From contig CAWDMF010000023.1 of NCBI GenBank assembly GCA_963803185.1, positions 14,034-78,033 of the forward strand: a DNA stretch of 64,000 nt, written 5' to 3'. The DNA comes from an uncultured Gammaproteobacteria bacterium. GTDB lineage: Bacteria; Pseudomonadota; Gammaproteobacteria; SZUA-229. How positions within the stretch are numbered: position 1 is the stretch's first letter; each line of letters begins with the position of its first letter. The position numbers and the translations under genes were made by a program. A model generated the notes under the pieces. That model saw only the letters and a program-made list of their open reading frames with translations, searched no databases and was not told where the DNA came from. Below are positions 57,814 to 64,000 of this stretch, one piece after another.

Positions 57814-58776
57814 TTAAAAACATTTATACTGAAAGCTCTGACACAGGTACTGACTTACAGAATCTGCAAAGTAGTGATCAACCACCATCGCAATAAACAG
57901 CAACATCAAATAATTAATTGAATACACAAAAGTGGAAATGGCAGCGTTCTTTCTATCGCTAAACATCAGCATAAAAACTTTATAAAAGAAATACAGACCC
58001 AGTAAAACAGCTGAAATTAAATATATTTCACCGCGCATATAAGCAAGGTAGGGCAGCAGGGTAACCATAAACATCAGGATGGTGTAACCTAAAATTGAAT
58101 ATTTGGTAAATTTAATGCCGTGCGTTACCGGCAGCATTGGAAGATTTACTTTGGCATAGTCATCACGGCGGTGTATCGCCAGCGCCCAGAAATGCGGCGG
58201 GGTCCAGGTATATATAATTAACACAAGTAATAAGCCGTGGGCATCAACTGATCCTGTCACCGAAGTCCAGCCCAGCAATGGCGGCGTCGCACCAGCCAGA
58301 CCACCAATAACAATATTCTGCGGTGTGGCTTTTTTAAGATACATAGTATAAATAACGGCATAACCAATCATGCTGGCAAAAGTTAACACTGCCGTTAAGG
58401 TATTGATCCACGCAGTTAAAACAAAAACCGAAGCCGTCGCCATTAATACCGCAAAGATGAAAGCATTTTGCTGGCTTACACGCCCCTGGGGCATAGGGCG
58501 GTTTTCTGTTCTTGCCATTCGTGCATCGCTTTCTCTTTCCACGATTTGATTAATCGCAGCGCCTGCGGCAGAACCTAATCCAATCCCCAGCGTAGACATC
58601 AATAAAATGAAGATTGATATCTCACCCGGAGGACTGGCCAGGACAACACCAACAACTGAAGTCAGCAATAATAAAGCGACAACTTTTGGTTTACATAAAG
58701 CAAAATAATCACGCCAGCTCGCGCTTTCGAGTACAGCATTATCATTGTTTGAATTGCGGGAAGATGAATTATCCAA
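57814..58776 (-). CDS. cyoE: Protoheme IX farnesyltransferase (heme O synthase)
   Basis: UbiA-type polytopic protein (…NQIVERESDARM.RT..RP…) in a cox assembly context. Confidence 0.85.
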   Translation of the reverse strand: MDNSSSRNSNNDNAVLESASWRDYFALCKPKVVALLLLTSVVGVVLASPPGEISIFILLMSTLGIGLGSAAGAAINQIVERESDARMARTENRPMPQGRVSQQNAFIFAVLMATASVFVLTAWINTLTAVLTFASMIGYAVIYTMYLKKATPQNIVIGGLAGATPPLLGWTSVTGSVDAHGLLLVLIIYTWTPPHFWALAIHRRDDYAKVNLPMLPVTHGIKFTKYSILGYTILMFMVTLLPYLAYMRGEIYLISAVLLGLYFFYKVFMLMFSDRKNAAISTFVYSINYLMLLFIAMVVDHYFADSVSQYLCQSFQYKCF

Positions 58777-59413
58777 TTTGCGAAGCCTTTAGTAATTTTT
58801 TCAAATCGTATAAAAATTCTTTGTTTGGCTGTTCCTGTGTGAAACGCATCATTACATTTCCCATCGGATCCATAATATAGGTTTCGTTGTTTGTGATGCT
58901 GACATCACTACGCACATTATCGCCCAGCGCATTAATAATGACTTTCATCTCACCGTTAACATGAATAACATTCGGGTGCGTTTCAGCCATTAATTTTGAT
59001 AATGAATCAGCGGCCGGCTCAAGATGCACAAACATACGGCTAAGGCGGTGTTGATCTTTTCCTAAAGAAGTATGAATCTGCTTGGTATCATAAAGACGTT
59101 TTTCACATTGTTGATCACAGTTTTTCCCAAGAAAAGAAATTAACCGCCATTTATAAGTCAGTTCTTTTTCCGGAATAATTTTACCGCTATCGTTTGTTAA
59201 TTTAAAACTGCTTATATGAACGATAGGATTTAAAATTTCACCATGATTCACAAATGATTTAACATCAACAAAAAAGAACATGATATAGGCTAATGCCACG
59301 GGCGCTATAAAAGCTAAAACCACAAACCAGACAGTGTATGGATTGCGTTTACTGGTAGCTATGGGGTTATTTACCCGAGGCGTATTATCTTTGGCTGTAT
59401 CAACTTCATTCAT
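58769..59413 (-). CDS. Membrane-anchored SCO-like thioredoxin-fold protein with a divergent CxxxC
   Basis: WRLISFLGKNCDQQCEKRLYDTKQIHTSLGKDQHRLSRMFVHLEP parallels the SCO pattern (W.l.yFGft.Cp.vCp...l......lg......vfv..dP). Its stop overlaps the cyoE start by 8 nt. Confidence 0.5.
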   Translation of the reverse strand: MNEVDTAKDNTPRVNNPIATSKRNPYTVWFVVLAFIAPVALAYIMFFFVDVKSFVNHGEILNPIVHISSFKLTNDSGKIIPEKELTYKWRLISFLGKNCDQQCEKRLYDTKQIHTSLGKDQHRLSRMFVHLEPAADSLSKLMAETHPNVIHVNGEMKVIINALGDNVRSDVSITNNETYIMDPMGNVMMRFTQEQPNKEFLYDLKKLLKASQIG

Positions 59414-59489
59414 TTTCTAATTCGCTTTTTACTTCTTTGATTTTATCTGCCATCCTGCACGTAGCCAGGGAAAACAGTCTTTCAAATAA

Positions 59490-60251
59490 TTATTTAATTA
59501 TTCGTTTTGTATTCACAACAATATATATAATAACTAACGCCAGTGACATCGCAAACCATTGAAATGCGTAGCCATTATTTTTAGCTGCATTCAAATTTAG
59601 TACCGGCAGGTCATATTCAAAACTACCGGCTTCACCCGGGTTAAGCCATAACACCATATCATACAGCTCATAACCTAATAGCTGGTTGATTTCAGTCAAA
59701 TCAATATATTGCAAAACAACCGGCCAGCGAGTCGTTTCCTGCACATTTTCTGCCAGCAGCAGCGTTCGCGAAGGTGAGAAATCCAACAGGCCGGAGATTT
59801 CTATTTTACCACCGGGTACATCAACTTCAGGTAATTGATCACGTGTTTTTCCCTGTGGGACAAACCCTCTATTGACCAGAATTGTTATTGCATCGTTAAC
59901 TTTTACTGGTGTGAACACATGGTAACCTACATGTCTATTAAAGGTTATGTTATCCAGTAAAAAGCTGTGTTGATTGTCAAATTCACCGATAAACTTAACG
60001 GGATGATAACGACGACTTTCTCTCGAGGCGGGCAATTCTGCAATAGTTACAGGTGATAAATTTTTACGTTCAATAATTATTTGTTGTAAAGTATCTTTAA
60101 ATTCTGCGCGACCCATCTGCCAGAAGGCAAGTGACGTCATGGTGTATAACAAAGCAACGGTAATAAGCGTACTGAATACACCCGGATTAAAATGATAAGA
60201 CGAAATACGCAGTGAAATTAAACGGTACTCTGTTATGGCTTTAATGTTCAT
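59490..60251 (-). CDS. SURF1-family cytochrome oxidase assembly protein
   Basis: N- and C-terminal TM helices, WQ..R motif region (LAFWQMGRAEFK), and cox cluster context. Confidence 0.8.
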   Translation of the reverse strand: MNIKAITEYRLISLRISSYHFNPGVFSTLITVALLYTMTSLAFWQMGRAEFKDTLQQIIIERKNLSPVTIAELPASRESRRYHPVKFIGEFDNQHSFLLDNITFNRHVGYHVFTPVKVNDAITILVNRGFVPQGKTRDQLPEVDVPGGKIEISGLLDFSPSRTLLLAENVQETTRWPVVLQYIDLTEINQLLGYELYDMVLWLNPGEAGSFEYDLPVLNLNAAKNNGYAFQWFAMSLALVIIYIVVNTKRIIK

Positions 60252-60314
60252 AAACTCTAACGATACATGCCCAGACAGAAAAAATTCTGCAACAAAAATA
60301 AATCAGGAAAATAC

Positions 60315-60515
60315 ATGATATTTAAAATTGTTATTCTCAGCTTATTACTTATCGTTCTGATAAGCCTTGGTTCTGCGCTAGTCGCAATGGCCAGGGGCGA
60401 TAAGTCAGACAAGATGCTGAAGGCTTTAACCTGGCGTATTGGCTTATCTGTGTGTATTTTTATACTGCTCTTAATAGGACAGGCCATGGGGTTTATTACA
60501 CCCCATGGCCTGTAA
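60315..60515 (+). CDS. Twin-TM small protein (DUF2909)
   Basis: MIFKIVILSLLLIVLISLGSALVAMARGDKSDKMLKALTWRIGLSVCIFILLLIG... is the usual DUF2909 pattern, located between coxC and SURF1. Confidence 0.75.
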   Translation: MIFKIVILSLLLIVLISLGSALVAMARGDKSDKMLKALTWRIGLSVCIFILLLIGQAMGFITPHGL

Positions 60516-60527
60516 TAGTACGTATAC

Positions 60528-60609
60528 CGTCATTGCGAGGCACGAAGCAATCTCTATATGGATGGCATGTACTCAGCTAAAGAAGATTGCTTCGTGTCTC
60601 GCAATGACG
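60528..60609. repeat. Intergenic inverted repeat (gtcattgcgag type)
   Basis: cgtcattgcgaggcacgaagcaatct pairs with agattgcttcgtgtctcgcaatgacg in 26-bp arms with one mismatch. Confidence 0.85.
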
Positions 60610-60636
60610 CTAGGAACTTAATTTCCTACCTGGCTC

Positions 60637-61515
60637 TTATAACCAATATACAAATATAAACAGACCCAACCAGACAACATCGACAAAGTGCCAGTACCAG
60701 GCTACTGCCTCGAAAGCAAAATGTTTCTCTGGACTAAAGTGACCTTTAATTGCACGGATCAGCATAATCAGCAACATGATGGTTCCCATGGTTACGTGGA
60801 ATCCGTGGAAACCCGTTAACATGAAGAAGGTACTACCATAAATACCTGATTCCATGGTCAGACCCAGTTCGGTATAAGCATGGATATACTCTTCAGCCTG
60901 TAACACAAGGAAGATACAACCTAATAATACCGTAGCGGCTAACCATAAGATTAATGGTTTTCTGTGGTTTGCACGTAAAGCGTGGTGGGCAATCGTTACC
61001 GTTACAGACGACGCCAGCAGTATCGCTGTGTTCCATGCCGGCAAACCGGTAGCCGGGATAATATCTTTAGGTCCTGGTATGGCCGCATTGTCAGGATTAA
61101 CCATTACCGGCCAGACCGCATCAAACGCAGGCCATAACAGCTCATGTGTCATTGCGTTATTGCTTGCGCCACCCAACCATTCAACGGCAATAGTGCGTGC
61201 ATAAAAGAGGGCGCCGAAGAAAGCCGCAAAGAACATAACCTCTGAGAAGATAAACCATAACATGCCAATGCGGAAAGATTTATCCACCTGTGCATTGTAA
61301 CTATCAGCCATTGATTCTTTTATGACAGCACCAAACCATCCAAAGAACAGATAAGCAATCATTAATAAGCCGACTGGAAGTATCAGGTTAATTGAACCTG
61401 CATGTATTGATGTAACCGCACCAATAACAGAAGTTGTTAAAGCAATGGTACCTACGACAGGCCACTTGCTGGGTTCTGGTATGAAATATACATCATGATT
61501 TGTGCTTGATGACAT
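60637..61515 (-). CDS. coxC: Cytochrome c oxidase subunit III
   Basis: Seven-TM subunit III sequence ending ...AWYWHFVDVVWLGLFIFVYWL. Confidence 0.9.
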   Translation of the reverse strand: MSSSTNHDVYFIPEPSKWPVVGTIALTTSVIGAVTSIHAGSINLILPVGLLMIAYLFFGWFGAVIKESMADSYNAQVDKSFRIGMLWFIFSEVMFFAAFFGALFYARTIAVEWLGGASNNAMTHELLWPAFDAVWPVMVNPDNAAIPGPKDIIPATGLPAWNTAILLASSVTVTIAHHALRANHRKPLILWLAATVLLGCIFLVLQAEEYIHAYTELGLTMESGIYGSTFFMLTGFHGFHVTMGTIMLLIMLIRAIKGHFSPEKHFAFEAVAWYWHFVDVVWLGLFIFVYWL

Positions 61516-61535
61516 AGTTTAATTTCCTGGTTTTT

Positions 61536-62180
61536 TTAATATTGTGTCAAGGGTATGCTGTGAGCAGCAGAAATATCAGCTGTTGATGCTTTTGCTTCTG
61601 ATAATACACTCGCGTCCTCTGATCCTGGTTTTATAAAAAATGTATATGATAGTGTTACCTCATGAATATCTTCATCAACTGAAGGGTCAATCATAAATAC
61701 CACTGGCATTATTTTCTCTTCGCCGGCTTTCAACAGCTGTTCAGTAAAACAGAAACATTCTGTCTTCTGAAAATGGGCTGCAGCGAGTCCCGGTGAAACG
61801 CTGGGAATAGCCTGGCCGATTATATCTTTATCTGTTTTATTTCTAGCCACGTATTCAATACGTGATGCTTCACCCGGGTGCACTCTAACTGAACGTGTTA
61901 AAGGTTCAAACTCCCATGGCATATCAGCATTTAAATTTGCCAGAAATTCAACTTTTATTTCTCTACTGGTATCAATCTGTATCGGTGTATCTGATACATA
62001 TTGTTCACCTGTTTTACCGTTAAGCCCGGTGAGGTCACAAAAGACATCATACAAAGGGACTAAAGCAAAGCCGAAACCAAACATGCCAACAACGGCAAAC
62101 AATAAATTACGTATAACTTTTTTATTGTCTGTGTTTTTGTTGTTCACATTCTTCTGTTCGTTTTTTGGATTTTCAGTCAT
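61536..62180 (-). CDS. ctaG: Cytochrome c oxidase assembly protein CtaG/Cox11
   Basis: TM anchor and a Cox11 domain with the CFCF copper motif (TECFCFTEQ). Confidence 0.85.
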   Translation of the reverse strand: MTENPKNEQKNVNNKNTDNKKVIRNLLFAVVGMFGFGFALVPLYDVFCDLTGLNGKTGEQYVSDTPIQIDTSREIKVEFLANLNADMPWEFEPLTRSVRVHPGEASRIEYVARNKTDKDIIGQAIPSVSPGLAAAHFQKTECFCFTEQLLKAGEEKIMPVVFMIDPSVDEDIHEVTLSYTFFIKPGSEDASVLSEAKASTADISAAHSIPLTQY

Positions 62181-62200
62181 TTTGCTAACGACACTATGCC

Positions 62201-63802
62201 TTACTTAACAGTCGGCGGTGTTGTAAAACTATGGAATGGAGCAGGTGATGGTAATGTCCACTCAAGACCTTCTGCGCCTTCCCAAACCTGGTCAGTCGCT
62301 TTCTCTGTACTCTTACCACGGATAGTCTTAATGATGTTATACAGTAAGATTAACTGTGCGAAACCAAAGACAAACGCGCCGATCGATGCAATAGCATTAA
62401 ATTCAGCAAACTGCATATGGTAGTCAGGAATACGACGAGGCATACCAGCCAGGCCAACAAAGTGCATAGGGAAGAACAATACGTTTACTGAGACTGTTGA
62501 AACCCAGAAATGCCACTTACCTAAACTTTCGTCATACATATTACCGGTCCATTTAGGCAACCAGAAATAAACCCCTGCAAAAATACCGTATAGCGCACCT
62601 GTCACCAATACATAATGGAAGTGAGCAACTACAAAGTAGGTATCATGGTACTGGAAGTCAGCTGGCACAATACTCAGCATCAGACCGGTGAAACCACCGA
62701 TGGTGAACAGGAAGATGAAAGCAATGGCAAACAACATCGGTGTTTCAAAGGTTAAAGAACCTTTCCACATGGTGCTTACCCAGTTGAATACTTTCACGCC
62801 TGTTGGTACTGCAATCAACATGGTGGCATACATAAAGAACAGTTCAGCCGCTACCGGCATGCCTGTGGTAAACATGTGGTGAGCCCACACAATGAATGAC
62901 AGGAATGCGATTGAAGAAGTCGCGTATACCATTGAAGAGTAACCGAATATTTTCTTACGAGAAAAAGTTGGAACGACCTGAGAGATAATGCCGAATGAAG
63001 GCAGGATCATAATATACACTTCAGGATGACCAAAGAACCAGAATACGTGCTGGAACAATACCGGGTCACCGCCACCTGCAGCACTAAAGAAGCTGGTGCC
63101 GAAGTTACGGTCAGTCAACATCATGGTTACTGCGCCAGCTAATACAGGCATAACGGCAATCAGCAGGTAGGCAGTAATAAACCATGTCCATACGAAAATA
63201 GGCATTTTCATATAGGTCATGCCCGGTGCACGCATATTGATGATTGTCGCGATAATGTTTATCGCACCCATGATTGATGAGATGCCCATCATGTGTACTG
63301 AAAAGATGAAGTAATCAGTGCTGTCCGGACCATAAGTTGTAGAAAGTGGTGCATAGAATGTCCAGCCGAAGTTTGGTGCAGAACCCATGCCCATAATGCT
63401 CATGATCAAACTTGAAATCAACAGACCAAATGCGCCAGGCAGCAACCAGAAACTCCAGTTATTCATTCGTGGCAGCGCCATGTCTGGAGCACCGATCATT
63501 AACGGTACCATCCAGTTAGCCAGGCCAACAAATGCCGGCATAATTACCCCGAACACCATAATAAGGCCGTGCAGGGTAGTCATTTGATTGAAAAACTCAG
63601 GCTCTACAAATTGCAGGCCAGGCTGAAATAGTTCAGCACGGATAACCAGTGCCAGTGTGCCACCAACAAATAACATGGTAAAGCTGAACCATAGGTACAT
63701 AGTTCCAATGTCTTTATGGTTAGTACTAAATAACCAGCGGCCTATACCGGTTGGTTTGTGGTCATGATGATCATCATGATGTTCTTCGATAACAGCGCTC
63801 AT
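62201..63802 (-). CDS. coxA: Cytochrome c oxidase subunit I (aa3 type)
   Basis: Canonical heme-copper oxidase subunit I (…WFFGHPEVYI…, …HHMFT…, …HFHYV…). Confidence 0.95.
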   Translation of the reverse strand: MSAVIEEHHDDHHDHKPTGIGRWLFSTNHKDIGTMYLWFSFTMLFVGGTLALVIRAELFQPGLQFVEPEFFNQMTTLHGLIMVFGVIMPAFVGLANWMVPLMIGAPDMALPRMNNWSFWLLPGAFGLLISSLIMSIMGMGSAPNFGWTFYAPLSTTYGPDSTDYFIFSVHMMGISSIMGAINIIATIINMRAPGMTYMKMPIFVWTWFITAYLLIAVMPVLAGAVTMMLTDRNFGTSFFSAAGGGDPVLFQHVFWFFGHPEVYIMILPSFGIISQVVPTFSRKKIFGYSSMVYATSSIAFLSFIVWAHHMFTTGMPVAAELFFMYATMLIAVPTGVKVFNWVSTMWKGSLTFETPMLFAIAFIFLFTIGGFTGLMLSIVPADFQYHDTYFVVAHFHYVLVTGALYGIFAGVYFWLPKWTGNMYDESLGKWHFWVSTVSVNVLFFPMHFVGLAGMPRRIPDYHMQFAEFNAIASIGAFVFGFAQLILLYNIIKTIRGKSTEKATDQVWEGAEGLEWTLPSPAPFHSFTTPPTVK

Positions 63803-63848
63803 AAATGCCTCGTTTATCTTTTATTATTCAATAAGTTAAATTATGTAA

Positions 63849-64000
63849 TTAACGTGCTGCTTTAATGTCAGCAGGTTGTACAAGGTCACCGGTATCATTA
63901 CCCCAGGCATTACGCTCGTAGGTAATCAGTGCAGCAAGGTCAGCATCGTTCAGCTGTGGACCAAATGCCTGCATCGCCGTGCCTGGTGTACCGTTTACTA
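63849..64000 (-). CDS. coxB: Cytochrome c oxidase subunit II, C-terminal end only (gene continues beyond the window)
   Basis: The minus-strand reading ...VNGTPGTAMQAFGPQLNDADLAALITYERNAWGNDTGDLVQPADIKAAR* matches the C-terminal tail of a fused cytochrome c domain. It lies upstream of coxA. Confidence 0.75.
   Translation of the reverse strand, partial: VNGTPGTAMQAFGPQLNDADLAALITYERNAWGNDTGDLVQPADIKAAR

Noticed and set aside
60482-60510. Perfect 10-bp palindrome ggccatgggg...ccccatggcc at the 3' end of the DUF2909 gene, considered as a terminator.
   Set aside because: It lies within the coding sequence (GQAMGFITPHGL) and is not followed by a T-run. The adjacent inverted repeat at 60528..60609 is the more likely structural element.

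Overview
AT-rich chromosomal segment of a gammaproteobacterium, with conserved housekeeping synteny. That synteny includes ydbH-ynbE-ydbL, pdxH, ybiT, rhlE, rapA, trhO, ppnP, queA-tgt-yajC-secD-secF, and an aa3 oxidase cluster (coxB-coxA-ctaG-coxC, DUF2909, SURF1, SCO-like, cyoE, SCO1). I saw no rRNA, tRNA, CRISPR, integrase or transposase. Between the housekeeping blocks lie accessory loci:
(1) The best candidate for an undescribed system is at 27.0-35.0 kb. It is an operon encoding a BepA-like M48/TPR protease, an atypical ECF-like sigma factor, a zinc-finger anti-sigma factor, a secreted caspase-family (C14) protease, an outer-membrane beta-barrel and a DUF4384 lipoprotein. A lipoprotein gene is transcribed divergently from it. 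A bipartite motif, AATTTTCAAAT-N15-GTCTCTTAAT, occurs three times in this locus and was not found elsewhere in the window.
(2) An RpfF-type (DSF synthase-like) crotonase with a C-terminal extension sits beside an orphan ACP, a PlsC-like acyltransferase and the wreck of a GGDEF(-EAL) gene.
(3) A glutamine-synthetase-like / aldehyde dehydrogenase / Fe-alcohol dehydrogenase / amidotransferase operon suggests gamma-glutamyl-mediated amino-alcohol catabolism.
(4) Several secreted low-complexity proteins (His-rich, Gly/Gln-rich, Pro/Asn-rich) and two proteins with GlyGly-CTERM-like tails are present.
(5) Intergenic palindromic elements are dense, including a family with one shared architecture but different sequence words per copy.
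Several reading frames are broken. Most breaks coincide with homopolymer runs and may be sequencing artefacts. The GGDEF remnant is a genuine pseudogene.
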